From Squalus acanthias (lineage: Eukaryota), in contig CM059425.1 in assembly GCA_030390025.1 (NCBI GenBank), positions 166,906,001 through 166,970,000 of the forward strand: 64,000 bases of DNA, read 5' to 3'. Each line of letters begins with the position of its first letter. Position 1 is the first letter of the stretch. The translations under genes and the position numbers were made by a program. A model generated the notes under the pieces. It ran no database searches. It had not been told where the DNA came from and saw nothing but the letters and a program-made list of their open reading frames with translations. Of the stretch, positions 24,624 to 37,862 are shown in pieces.

Positions 24624-25189
24624 GTCAACAGTGAATGTCCTGCAACTCCCTCCAGTATCTACCATTCACTGCTTCAGTCAGCTCTTTGTTGACAGTCATT
24701 CTAGTAAAAGGATAACATTGCAATGGGCGGAGGACTTGGGTAAGTTGCTGAGCACAGTACACCATAGCAGTATTGCTTTCCACAGTGGGCAGAGAAGTGG
24801 CAGCCAGCAGCGATCTCAGCAGGGCAGGAGGAGGGAAATCCAGTTGGGGTTGTTGAGGTGGTAAGAAATTTTGCCTCGTTTTTCATCTGCATCCTCTCCC
24901 ATTTTGGTTGGGATTGCAGAGGAGAATGCAGCTCACGGTGTTTTGGGAAGACTCTCAGAAAGTGGCCTTTTCTTTAGTTTTGTGCTGGGTGTTATTTTCA
25001 GCATTAATTTTTAGTGGTGTTTGGTCAAGAGTTTTGGCTGTCTGATTTTCAGTTGCTACAACTATAATTTTGAAACTTGGCATTCCAATGGGGATACTCT
25101 CTTTTGCTTTTTGGGGGATGTAGTGGTCAAAAACGCCCTCACCAACATTGGCCCCTGCAGTAACTAAATTACCATGAATGTCATTCCTT

Positions 25190-25675
25190 TCATTTTTTTT
25201 ATTCGTTCCTGGGATGTGAGCATCACTGGCAAGGCCAGTATTTATTGCCCATCCCTAATTGCCCTTGAGAAGGTGGTGGTGAGCCACCTTCTTGAGCTGC
25301 TGCAGTCCATATGGTGAAGGTACTCCCACAGTGCTGTTCGGTAGGGAGTTCCAGGATTTTGACCCAGTGACGATGAAGGAACGGCGATATACTTCCAAGT
25401 CAGGATGGTGTGTAACTTGGAGGGGAACTTGGAGGTGGTGGTGTTCTCATGCGCCTGCTGCCCTTGTCCTTCTAGGTGTTAGAGGTCACGGGTTTGGGAG
25501 GTGATGTCGAAGAAGCCTTGTTGAGTTGCTGCACTATATCTTGTAAATGGTCCCATTTCTGGTCAATGGTGACCCCCAGGATGTTGATGGTGGGGGATTC
25601 GACGATGGTAATGCCATTGAATGTCAAGGGGCGGTGGTTAGAATCTCGCTTGTTGGAGATAGTCATTGCCTGGCC
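25190..25675 (-). mobile_element. CR1-group (Zenon/Crack-like) LINE 3' fragment, internally deleted
   Basis: Reverse complement of the tail at 45700-45810; SPTINILGVTIDQK. A further tail-only copy lies at ~5345-5412. Confidence 0.85.
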
Positions 25676-25821
25676 ATGATCAAACAGGTCCAGTTACGTT
25701 GATCTGGACATATTGGCTCCAATATTTACTGGGGCAGGGTTTCGGAGCAGGGGGAGGTGTTATGGTTGGGAAACCCAAAAGTCCGGGTTTCCCCAAAAGC
25801 CGGGGAAAGCCATACTAAAGG

Positions 25822-26088
25822 CTACCTTAAAATCTTGCAATGTTACCCGACACCTTGGAAGACACAGCTACTAATAGAGCATGATGGTGTTGTGTCTGTC
25901 ATCGATTTAAATGAATTTGAGGTTGCAAGTTTGCAAGATCTGACTGCAAAGCATTTGGCAAACAGGACAACTCATCTCTCCACCTCATCTGGCTTCCAAT
26001 GCGATATGTGCAGCTATGTCTGTGCATCTCATCAGCGCACCCACAACAACCGAGAATCATCCTTCAACTTGATGGGAGACTTCATCAC
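25822..26088 (+). mobile_element. Old RTE LINE 3' remnant
   Basis: C-terminal CDMC...C...HQRTH zinc finger and short 3' UTR aatcatccttc...gatgggagact, parallel to 43290-43400. Confidence 0.55.
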
Positions 26089-26314
26089 AGGCATTCTGCG
26101 GGTGCTCACTCCAAGAAAATTGACCCCAGTATGTGTTGCTGGACACTCACTCACATGTCCAGTGATCTGCATGGGGGCAGACCTCTGGGCAGCAGTGATT
26201 TCACAGGATTTAGAGAAAGGACAAATCAGCTTTATGGAGATTGGCACCCAAGGCCTCTATAGCAGCAATCAGGGTAGTTTATGACAGGTGATCAGATTGT
26301 GCTTGGGTTTGTCA

Positions 26315-26450
26315 CTAGGCATCTCTTCTCTGAGGAGGGTGCCCTGCTATGCCAAAGAGGGCAATTGTCCTTTGAAGCACTTCTTTCATTAGTATCTTCA
26401 AAGCTACATCTGAAAATGGAGAGGCTCCACCCCTTTGTCGAGCCATGATT
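26315..26450 (-). pseudogene. Harbinger Myb/SANT N-terminal remnant
   Basis: MARQRGGASPFSDVALKILMKEVLQR..ALFG resembles MAQQGREGARRFSDSALEALVLEVHRR at 63808. Confidence 0.55.
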
Positions 26451-29400
26451 CTTTCTCTGCCCTGCAACAATAAAGCATCCCTTTTATATCCCAAGCATCT
26501 GCAGCTTGTATGAACTGCAGCTGCATGATACTTTCCAACCCCCACTGAGAGTGAGCTCCTGCAGGCAGTCCCAAACTGTGCCAGAAGCTCGCTATGAATA
26601 GTCAATCAGGCCAAATTCAGGAAATCCTGCAAAGTTGCCTCAGCACAGTATCAATGACTACTAAGCTTGGTTGCTCTGTGGTTTCACCATTTTAGTGCCC
26701 ACATCGTAAAACACACCCATGCATCACAAAGGCTTTCCATTAAGATGGACAGAGGTGGAATATGAAATTATAACAAGTAGAACTTATATAATTAATACAA
26801 TATATAAAGAGGCACACAATTGGAACATATCTTTATCATCAGTGTATTCAGCATTAAAAAAAATCACTGCACTTTATTGAACCTCTGTTTTGCATTTCTG
26901 TGCATCATTCAGCGACACATAGAAGTTCATGTGTTAATAAGTATTTAGAACAATGTATTAATTTTGTTTATTAATATGTAATACTGCTGACATTGAGATC
27001 TGCATTCCAAATAGCGCTTCACAATTACATGGGTTTGTTTTGGAAACTAAAAGCATTTAATCAAAGCTCATATTTAAAATGGTAAATATTCTATTGATGT
27101 GAGGATGCTTTTTAAGTCTCTTAGTACTTATTTAATCACCATACCTAATAAATATCCTTCATCTGAACATATTTGAATGAAAATAGAATGACTTTTCTCT
27201 AGGGTCTGTTCAGAGGAGGTGTCGTTTGTCACAGATGGCGGCTGATGACAGTATTGTGATAAAAGGGGTTACGCTGCAGTAGTGAGCCATAACAGGGAGC
27301 TCATTGTGCTAGCGCTGGGAATGAGCTGACAAGGCTTGGCTGCATGACTGATGATTGCAACTGATGGGAGGAACTTGGTGTAATTGGCTGAACAGATTAC
27401 TCCTGTCGTTTACACAGTGTGGGGAGGTTTAATCTCAGAGTGGCAGCTGATCAAAAAAATTAGCCAATGGAGCATCAAAAAATGGTCCTTCAGTACCAGA
27501 ACACTAAGCAAGATATATTTCTGTGCTCAAGGTTTGCTCACCTGCTAGCATTAGGTTTCATTCAGCTCAAATGATGAAATGATGCATGTTCATCTGAGAC
27601 CTGAGTGCATAAAACTGGTGAAGCAAAGTATCACTACATGTTTCAAACAATAAATGTTAAATGATTTTAATCCCTTTTGATTTCATTAATTAGAAAAAGA
27701 GCTGTTTAAAATGCTCTTTGGGGCAGAAAGTCGTTAATCTTTAATGACATATATAGCATCGTATCATTTTACTGGCCTGTCCTTGTCACCCAGGATGATT
27801 TTAGTTAACCATAGCTGAAATAAATGGGATAATGGGAAAGGTACAAGTCTCCACAAGGACATTGGTGTTTCAAATCTTGTAAATGCTCCTGAGCTGCAGA
27901 TCAGTGCTCAGAAGCATTCTAGGAGCTTTAGGGTTAAACATTGTCTCTCTTCCTTCTCCCCCATTTTGTACCACAATGAAAGTTACCATTTTTCTCTCTT
28001 TTTATTTGTCCGATTAAAATGTTACTGTTTGTTCTGTGGTATTTTAATTTTGTGCATAAAATCATAGTAGTGTTGTCCATGTTTTTGATCATTACTTTGA
28101 ATGGATATTAGGACAGACCATTACGTGACCAATAACCAGCATGTTTCTTCATTACCTTCACGAGTATAAAAGAAGCACAATTCACTTGATTGCTGATTAT
28201 TGGTGGCTGTTCTTTATTTTGTTTTCTAAAATCCTGGAATACAGAGTTTAATTTGGATATTTTTAGTTTTAACTTCACTGTGGTTATCTAACATGGTCGG
28301 GGCACTAAAAATCACAGTAATGGCTACAGGATGAGTAATGATGCACAGCCTAGGTTAGATTTTTCATGTCAGCACCGGGACCTTTCACACCACAAGTCGC
28401 GAAGGACCAACATTGCTTTATGCTGTATTCAAGGTAAGCTCCCTCTTGATTTGGGACTAGCACTGGGAGCTCTCCAAAAGGGGTGGGAAATCCAGTACAC
28501 CGTCAACCCTTAAAGGGCTGATTCCAAAATTAAAGAAATGTGGCCAATTAAAGGTAAGCAACCTCGTGTGGGGACAAATTTTTTTTCAGCCTTTCCAAAG
28601 GCTGTAGGGCTTTTATATTCTTTTTCCACTTTTGCAAGGAATTCAAATTATTTCTCATCCTGATGGCTGATAAAAATCAGTGAAGACAATGCAAATGTGG
28701 AGGTAGGAAGTGGAGTCCACAGGCCATTGATAGAATGGTGCAGCATCCAAAGCTCCTGCTTGATGACAGGTTAAGTAGAAGGGCTGTTATATTAGATGAG
28801 TGAGAAGAGAAATGCCCTCTTTGGTACTACTGTGGACAACAGCATGCTACAATGCTGAACTATGGGGTTAATGCTGTGGAGTGGCAGAGTTACGCTCCTT
28901 GCAAGCACTCACACAGTACAACCTAGACTTCAGCAGCTGCCAAAAAAGGGGTTGGGTGCTGTGCAGCTCTGTCACTTGTTTTCAGACTCATGCCTACAAT
29001 TCAGATTTCCTTTCATTTTATTTTTGTCTGCCACTTCTTGTTCCCCTGCATGTTTAGCCTTGGCAGCTGTTGCTGATGGATTGAGATGCCTTTAAGACAA
29101 CCCAAAAGCTTTCTGAATTTTTGTTCTGCATTGAAATCTTCCCCTTTAATTGTCCCCATACCATTAACCTTGTCTTAATTGCAATTTTCCTCTTCCACTA
29201 ATTTCATTGCTTGGCAATTTAGATCAAGGAGAATTAAGTAGTAATTGCACTTGACCTTTTGAGCAAGATTTGGATCAGTTTGGAACAAGACCTAAAGACA
29301 AAAATCAGCCCCCTTCTTTGCTGGGATGACAAGATGCAGATTTGAAGAGGGCTTAGAAATTCCAAACTCTTGACTCTCTTGGAAAAGATCACACCAGCCA

Positions 29401-29811
29401 TCCTTGCATATAAGTACATGGTGGGAGTAGTAGAAGGTAAAATAACAGGCTTGCCCCAAGCTCAGGGCTAACACTATTCTTATGTCTTATCACCTTTCCC
29501 ACTCACTCCCTTGCAGGCATACACACACCCAGACAAACATCATACATATTCCAAACTAGCACTTGTTCCCTTTTGGTCATTATAGTCCTGATAGAGTAGC
29601 CTGCTAGCGTTACCGGTGGCTCCGAACCAAACAGTACTCTGGATCTCTCTCTTCAACAATGTTTGCAAGCAGCTGTGTACATCCCAGAGGGTGCAAGTAG
29701 TGAGCCTGAGCAAGATTCTGCTATCCAGTTGGCTGCAGGGCTGCCATCAATGATTCTGGGAAATGTAGCTGTGCACTGACATTGGTAGCTGTGACCGATG
29801 TGCTCCTTTTG

Positions 29812-31612
29812 AGAGTAAGAGGATAACTAAAGAAAGGGTTGGGCCTATTCGAGATCATGAGGGTAATCTGTGTGTGGAGGCGGGAGATGTCAGTAAGGTT
29901 CTTAAGGAATACTTTGCGTCTGTTTTCACAAAGGAGAGGGGTGAAGCAGACATTGCTATCGGGGAGGAGTGTGAAATATTAGATGAAATAAACAGTGAGA
30001 GAGGAAGTATTAAGGGGTTTAGCAGCTTTAAAAGTAGATAAATCCCCAGGCCCAGATGAAATGTATCCCAGGCTGTTAAGCGAAGCAAAAGAGGAAATAG
30101 CAGAGGCCCTGACCATCATTTTCAATCCTCTCTGGCTTCAGGTGTGGTGCCGGAGGACTGGAGGACTGCTAATGTGGTACCCTTGTTTAAAAAGGGAGAA
30201 AAGGATAGACCGAGTAATTACAGGCCAGTCAGCCTAACCTCGGTGGTGGGAAAATTATTGGAAAGAATTCTGAAGGACAGGATAAATCTTCATTTAGAAA
30301 GACACGGATTAATCAAGGATAGTCAGCACGGATTTGTTAAGGGAAGGTCGTGTCTGACAAACTTGATTGAATTTTTTGAAGAGGTAACAAGGAGGGTCAA
30401 TGAGGGTTGTGCATTTGATGTAGTGTATATGGATTTTAGCAAGGCTTTTGATAAGGTCCCACATGGCAGACTGGTCATGAAAGTAAAAGCCCATGGGATA
30501 CAAGGTGACGTGGCAAGATGGATCCAAAATTGGCTCAGAAGTAGGAAACAAAGGATAATGGTCAAAGGGTGTTTTTGTGACTGGAAGGCTGTTTCCAGTG
30601 GGGTTCTGCAGGGCTCAGTACTGAGTCCCTTGCTTTTTGTGATATATATCAATGATTTAGACTTGAATGTAGGAAGTATGATTAAGAAGTTTGCAGATGA
30701 TACAATAATTGGCCGTGCGGTGGATAATGAAGAAGAAAGCTGTAGACTGCAGTAAGATATCAATGGACTGGTCAGGTGGGCAGAACAGTGGCAAATGGAA
30801 TTCAACCCGGACAAGTACGAGGTAATGCATTTGGGGAGGGCTAACAAGGCAAGGGAATACACTATAAATGGTAGGACACTGAGAAATACAAAGGAACAGA
30901 GGGACCTTGGAATGCATATCCACAGATCCCTGAAGGTAGCAGGACAGGTAGATAAGGTGGTTAAGAAGGCATACGGGATACTTGCCTTTATTAGCCGAGG
31001 CAAACAATATAAGAGCAGGGAAGCTATGCTTGAACTGTATAAAACACTAGTTAGGCTGCAGCTAGAATACTGCGTGCAGTTCTGGTCACCACATTACAGG
31101 AAGGATGTGATTGCGCTAGAGAGGGTACAGAGGAGATTTACGAGGATGTTGCCTGGACTGGAGAATTTTAGCTATGAGGAAAGATTGGAGAGGCTGGGGT
31201 TGTTTTCTTTGGAACAGAGGAGGCTAAGGGGAGACCTAATTGAGGTGTATAAAATTATGAGGGGCCTAGATAGAGTGGATAGGAAGGAATTATTTCCCTT
31301 AGCAGAAGGGTCAATAACCAGGGGGAATAGATTTAAAGAAATTGGTTGGAAGTTAAGAGGGGATTTGAGGAGAATTTTTTTTTCACCCAGAGGGTGGTGG
31401 GGGTCTGGAACTCACTGCCTGAAAGGGTGGTAGAGGCAGAGACCCTCATCACATTTAAAAAGTGCTTGGATATGCACTTGAAGTGCCGTAACCTACAAGA
31501 CTACTGACCAAGTGCTGGAAAGTGGGATTAGGGTGGATAGCTCTTTGTCGGCCAGCGTGGACAAGATGGGCCAAATGGCCTCCTTCCGTGCTGTAAATTT
31601 CTATGATTCTAT
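29812..31612 (+). mobile_element. CR1 LINE, 5'-truncated, RT domain to 3' tail
   Basis: KSPGPD, NYRPVSLTS, DFSKAFD, QGSVL, FADD, LEYCVQFWSP; frameshifts and one stop; TTCTATGA tail. Confidence 0.95.
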
Positions 31613-32543
31613 GCATGTTGGCTGCAGATATTCTTGCAACACATGTCACAGCTCTGCAGCTGCCTTGCTGTTGACCTGGAGACTGCGGAGCTTGTTGTCC
31701 TCAGTCATTAGTAGTAGGTTTTCCAGCGCCCGCAGATACCGTTAGTAGCACAATGGTGGGTGCCAGCAATCCAGCTTTGGTGCTTGCTGATCCCATTGAC
31801 ATGCCTCCTTTCATCTTGTACCGCTTCAACCATGAAATTCTGTATTTAGGGCAGTTTAAAAAAAAAAACACCATTAATTATAACTTGTCTGGCTGATAAA
31901 CCTGGCTGCTGCATAAGCAGATCAGCACTGCTAGCCCAAGAATATAAAGATAGATAAAGCGGTGCGGCTTTTTCTGAAGGCCTGTTTCCTGAAAGCAATC
32001 GATCACTCTGGGAAACCAGCCTTTTGAAGTTTAAATCCTCTCTCCAGGATCCTTAGCAACGCTGGATAGCAACAGGGAATGCACAGGCACAAGTTGTTCT
32101 TCCGTGTGTCCGAATAATATCACATTTGTACCCCCAGAGCTGCAGAATTTCAACCTCGGATATCACGGGTGGAAATCCTACCGTTACAAGGGGAATACCA
32201 ATTTAAGCAGGTTATTTAAATCCTAATTCATCAGCCTCACTGGTCACTACACCAGCCAATGTCAATCCCACGTAACTTAAAACCCCACTAAATAAAATAG
32301 GCAACGGGCGGAAAAAGAAAATCAGGCGGGGTGTAGAGCGGGCGGTCTATCTGCAGCTCTCCGTTTTACACTCCTGCTGAAGTTGAAGGTTTTTACGAAC
32401 AATATTTATATTTGACAGAAAAGGCTGGCGTCTCCCATCGAAAAGGGACCTGTCAAGACCTGATTAATTATTTTGTTAAATTAGAGACTCTGGCTGACAT
32501 TTTAAGTACATAGCAAGCCTCCCTACATTACAACAGTGACTAT

Positions 32544-34202
32544 GGGGGGTAATTTTAACCCCCAAGAATAGGTAGGTTTGGGTTGGGTGGATTTGGTTGG
32601 TTAACGCCTCCCGTTAGCGCCTCTGGGGGGGACGCTAATGGGGCGCTAGGACCTTAGTGCCTGAGCGTGATGATTTTAGTGCCGCTCGCAAAATTGACCA
32701 GACATTTTGCGGCGGCGCTAAACACTACCTCCACAATCTCCTGCGCCTGCAGATCGTGACGTCAGTCAAGCGTGCAGCGCCCCAGACCTGATATTGAGTC
32801 GCGCCCCCTGCCTTAGCACCTGCCGCTAGGAACGACCGGTAGAGGGGAACGTTTTCAAGTCGGGAAGGGGCTGGGGGAGCACTATTTAAAGGCGGGTGCT
32901 TCCTGCCTTTTCTTGTCGGCAAAATTTTTGGTTTTAACGCTGTCCTAAGGAGTTTTGGCCCTCAGCACCACTTTTGAGGTTCCTAAGCACTGAGCTCTTT
33001 CCCTCGGCCTATCCATTAGTGCTTCCAACACAATTGCTTTTGAGGTCTCTCCAGGCCGAGTTTCAAGGCTGCAATGAGCAGGGTGTGGCTGGCCAGCAAG
33101 ATGGCCCCTCCCCTTTAAGAACTGGACGGCGCCAGTCTGTCTGGCTTCCATGGTAATTGGCATCGCCTGAGCTTCGGTAGCGTTCTGAGGTAGTGCCTCG
33201 CTCCCTGACAATTGCGCCTTAAGAGAGGTGTGTAGCGCCTGATTTAGCGCTCAAATCACCTCTGGGGCAATGGAGATGAATTTTGCAGTTGGAGGCGGTA
33301 ATTAGCGCCGGGCGCTAAACTTTGCACCCGGCCGATATTAGCGCCCCAAACTAGGCGATACCGAAATTTTCCCCCTAAAATTTAAAACATTTCAAACTTG
33401 ACCCCAACCAGCCCACTTCCGATTTTAAAGGAGTTGGTATGGGGGAGCGGGAGGAGGCAGGTCGCTCGGTAACAGCTTTTAAGCAGGCTGTGTGCCTCCA
33501 TTTTATAGGCTTTTTAGTTTTAACCCATTTCAGCTGTGTTTCCCGGGCCTTGGAAAAATGGCAGGTAAAAGGAGACGAGAAGGGCTGGATCCATAAGGTA
33601 AGTGCATTTACAGCACTGCTTGTAGGCCAGGGGGAGCAGGAGTGTTTCCTCCAGGCCCAACAAACTCACCTACTTCCAGCTCCATGATCACCGACTCCCC
33701 CCGATCTCCACGTTCTCCCCCCTCCCCGTGATCTCTCCCCCCACCCCCACCCCCAACCACAATCTCTCCCCACGACCACGATCCTTCCCCCGCCAACCAC
33801 GAGACCACCTGGACCACCATCTGTCCCCCAACCACTAGAACTCCCAACCACCCTCTGCTATCCGACCTACCGCAATCTCTCCTCCCCCGAACACAAGACA
33901 TCCCTGACCACGCTCTCCACCCTCTGTGATCTCCCCCCATGACCATGTGACCAACCCCTCCAATTGCGATCTTTCCCTACCTCCTTTCAAGCTCTCTGCT
34001 CCTTGGCTGTGGCCTTGTGCCGCAGGCTTTCCTACCCGACAGGCAGCCAATCTGTCATTCAGGCTGGCTGTTGGTCAGGAAACCTGAAGAAAAAATTTAA
34101 AAGACACCCTGCAGTTAATATCTGCAGGACGTTACTTCCGGGTTTCCTGTCCAGAATTCTTCCCCTTCGCTCCGAACAGGCCTCCCTGTAATTATCGGGG
34201 CC
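32544..34202. mobile_element. Harbinger-type non-autonomous element (family C) inserted in a DeuSINE tail
   Basis: SINE sequence aacagtgac|TAT ... TAT|atttcaaaagtacttcattggc is split with a perfect TAT TSD; weak TIRs; related to 38935-39950. Confidence 0.75.
32585..33375 (-). mobile_element. GC-rich Harbinger-type MITE (family B) nested in 32544-34202
   Basis: Reverse-oriented relative of 51818-52712; right TIR gaaattttccccc then TAA; left end eroded. Confidence 0.8.
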
Positions 34203-34919
34203 TATATTTCAAAAGTACTTCATTGGCTTTGAGACTCTTTTGGGACATGCTGAGGTTGTAAAAGGTGCTAAAAAAATTCAAGTTCGTTCTTCTTTCTGTC
34301 CTAGCATAAATTAAGACTGCACTCTCTCTCTGGTTAGGAAAAGAATTTAAGGTAAAGTTGCGCTAGTCAGGATTCTATTTAATGCTGTAATAGCCTAAAA
34401 ATTGCTGTTGCTGTACCAATAAAGGGTTAACTGAGATTTCCTTTAAGTTCTTGAATGTTTCAAAAATAGCTTCTCCACACATGATTTAAATCATTTGGAT
34501 AGGTGAGCCAAAAAGTGGACTTAATGACTGCACACAGGGCCTGTCAATGAAACAGAAGAAGCAATAATTCTGGCAATCAGCTGTGAACTGCAATTAGGAG
34601 GCTTTATGCAGTTGAGATAGCACTGTGGGGGTCAGAGCAGCTGTTAACTGAGCAAAATTGTTGAAAATAGGGCAGGAAAAATAGGTTTCCTGCCCAGGTG
34701 TTGGAAAGCACACTGTTAGGAGTCAGGAAGCAGAGGGGTGCACATTATAGGACTCATGGTCGCCTCTCTCCCAGAAGTGTCTGTTGCAGCAGACATGGGA
34801 GGAAGTGGCAGAAAGTGGGCACAACTCACCAGACACAACAGTAAAGGCTGAGTGAGATGCAGATCTCGTGCCTCTCATAGCCCAAGGAGGTTTGGGGTCA
34901 CCACAATCTGGCAGATTAT

Positions 34920-35542
34920 GGCCTAGAAATTGGACCTGCTTGCGTAAAATGGGCACAACAAGGGCCAATGTCAGGGATCAATGTCCTCTGCCCCAAGTAT
35001 GCCTGAAAAACGTCCGGGCCATTTTTCAGGTTTCCAGGGTGGCCACCTAAAACAGGCGTTAGGCCCCTTGCATATGCTAATGAGGGGCCTAACACCTGCT
35101 GTAGAATCCCTCTGGGAAATTGGGCTGCCCTGAGTGGAGCAGGCGCCAGACCTACTCCCTTCAGGTTTTGCTGGCGTGGATGTGGTCGAGCAAGCAGCTG
35201 CCACCAAAAGAGTAAGTTTAAAAAAAAAATGTAAATTTTGATGTAGAACCAGGAGGAACAAGAGTGTTGCTCCTGGCTCCTCCGCACTCCTGCCAACCGA
35301 TTCCAGCCATGATCGGCCCACCTCCCACTGTCCTACCCCTCTCTCCCATGAACTACCTGAGGCTGTTGCCAGCGAGGCAGACTGTCCGAGATTTGATGCT
35401 GAAGGTTGAGCTGTTTGTGGAGGCAGCTCATTCAGAGTACTTGGATGAGGCTTGAGGCCCAATTTCGGGCTGACCTCGGGCATGTGTTCCTGTCACATTG
35501 CCAGCTTCACACCCAAAACAGGGTGCTAACGAATTTGTACCT
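34920..35542. mobile_element. Harbinger-type MITE (family D)
   Basis: ggcctagaaatt ... gaatttgtacct termini, flanks TAT/CAT; reverse-oriented relative at 58761-59179. Confidence 0.65.
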
Positions 35543-37607
35543 CATCAGTGAAATCCTGCAGCCTGCCAGAATACTTACTCCTTGCAGATGGCATGACTTA
35601 GAAGGAGCAGCAGATTAGGTGTCACATGTCTGAAACAAAACCTAAGTACCATGCTAAATCCAACTGGCAAAATTCACACAAAACACAATGGATGAAATAA
35701 ATACACTGTACTTTATTTGCGCATTATGCTCAATGGTTATTTCTTATTGATTACAATATAGCAGAAGCCCACCATAAGGTGGCAATAGCTGACATCTAAA
35801 GAACTGAGCATGAAAGTGTAGGAGAGGTCATTTGGGTTGAGCTGTTTTCTAGTTGTGATTTGCAGTTTTATGAAGTAGCTCTGGCACTCATTGGAAGCCG
35901 TTTGAAATGATTGCCTCCTGTAGCCATTTTCCTTGCTGTATCGCTGGTTCTGCAGCTAATTCTCATAATATTTGTTTCACTCTGCAGCTTTGTCATTGTT
36001 TCACCACCCAGGCCATCAACCTGCATGGTGAGGCTCTTTTGCAGAGTGAAGCTATGGAGCGTGCAACAGATGATGATTACTCTTGAAACTTTGGGGATGT
36101 TGAACTATAAGATATCCCTAGATCGGTCAAGAAATCTGAAGTGTTGCTTCAAGATCCCATCCTGGTTGTGGTACAAACTTGATTGTACCTGTTCTCTGCA
36201 TCTGTCAGTGATTGGCATAAGGGTGTTGTGAGCCATGGCTGCAGCTGGAGCCGTGATCTTCCATCATTTTTCATTCCCGTTCAAATAAGGGTGACACTAA
36301 TTATTACCTTAAAATGGAAGCAAGCAGTCACCTGCATGGGTCTGCGCTAGTAGTCACAAACCAGCTGGACACTGAAAGAATAAAATCCCTTTCAGTTCAG
36401 ATAGGACAAATGGTAAACTGGCTGCAATCAATGACCCTGTGCTCTGGGAAGTCAGTAGGTCTCTACAATTGTGTTGCCTGCTCACACTACTGTTCATCAG
36501 TTGGAAAGTTGATGAAGTACTTGTCCCTGCTGAATAATGTGACATCAGTGAACAGCAAACAGGCTGGTGCTGCAGATGTCCCACTGGTAACCTGAAAGAA
36601 GCTGGAGGGGCAAAAATGATGGCAATGGAGACTTTGACAGCTCTTGGCAGTGTCATACGATATTAGATCTTATCTGGAGCTCTTTTTGGAGGAGATGGCA
36701 CAGCTCTGACACAACCTCCTTAGTAATCCTCAGCCTTCCTAGGCACATCGCTGCTGTCATTCCCAGTGTGTTGCACAGCAGTGGAACCTGACAGCACATC
36801 TTTAGTGCCACCTGATATCACAGGCAGCCCTCTCCTGCTCTTGCTGGCTAGTGGAGCACTGAATGCAATTCCCACACTGTGCAAACAAACTTGAAGGCCC
36901 AGAATGTGCTGGAGTAGGGCATCTCGCGGCATGCCCCATTAGTTAGACACGTTTCCTCACCCTTCAGCTGGAAAATGTTTTGCCCTCTAAGTTGCTTGAA
37001 GTACGAGCTGATAACAGAGTGGCGAGGACAACAGGGCATCGGGGACTTTGCTGAACAACGGGAACAACAGTCTATCCTCTTAACCAATGAGATTTAAGAA
37101 TTGAGAAAGAAACAGACTGAGAAGGAAATAGGGTGAATTAGAGACAAATCAGATACAGAAAGAGAAATAAAGAGAAGGAAAGAAAGATTGGATAAAGAGA
37201 CAGAAAAGAAAAGTAAGTAATTTTGAATTTTAAATTTTAAACTCCACAGTTTCAATTGTTCCCTTTCTGGACTGGAGAGGTTAAGTAGCATTGCAGGAAC
37301 ATAAGTCTTGTCAATAAGTACGGTCCTAACTTCCTGCAGCGAGTTTAATTGGTAATTAATGTGCAAATGCTGCAATTTCTTGAAACTCATGGGGAGGTTG
37401 ACGGCGAGCAGTCATTTTCGCGAGGCTAATCATCCAGCAATTTGTGGCGATTTGCAACTCATGGCGTATCTCTTCCTCACCACAAGTTGCTGGACGATTT
37501 ACACATTAATAACGGCAAGCACCATTGAACTCGCTGATACTTTGCCTGCAAATTCTGGCCTGAAGTTTCAGCTGAAGTATGCAGCAGTTCACCTTTCACT
37601 AAACAAC

Positions 37608-37862
37608 ACGGTGGCATAGTGGTTAGCACTGTTGCCTCACAGCGCCAGGGACCCAGGTTCGAATCCGGCCTCGGGTGACTGTCTGTGTGGAGTTTGCACA
37701 TTCTCCCCGTGTCTGCGTGGGGGTGCTCCGGTTTCCTCCCACAGTCCAAAGATGTGCGGGTTAGGTTGATTTGGCTATGATAAATTGACCCTTAGTGTTA
37801 GGGGGATTAAATACGAGGGGTTGGTGGGATGGCCTCTATCTGCACTGTGGGGATTCTGTGAT
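37608..37862 (+). mobile_element. HE1-like V-SINE (tRNA-derived)
   Basis: A-box tggcatagtgg, B-box ggttcgaatcc, V-domain tgtgtggagtttgcacattctcccc...ggtttcctcccacagtccaaaga, CR1-like tail; possible TSD taaaca. Confidence 0.88.

Noticed and set aside
30323..31003. Long antisense ORFs (also 13231..13569, 14172..14735, 50607..51032)
   Set aside because: Reverse-strand shadows of CR1 ORF2.
37608..37680. tRNA gene
   Set aside because: A and B boxes continue into a V-SINE core and LINE-like tail; it is a SINE head.
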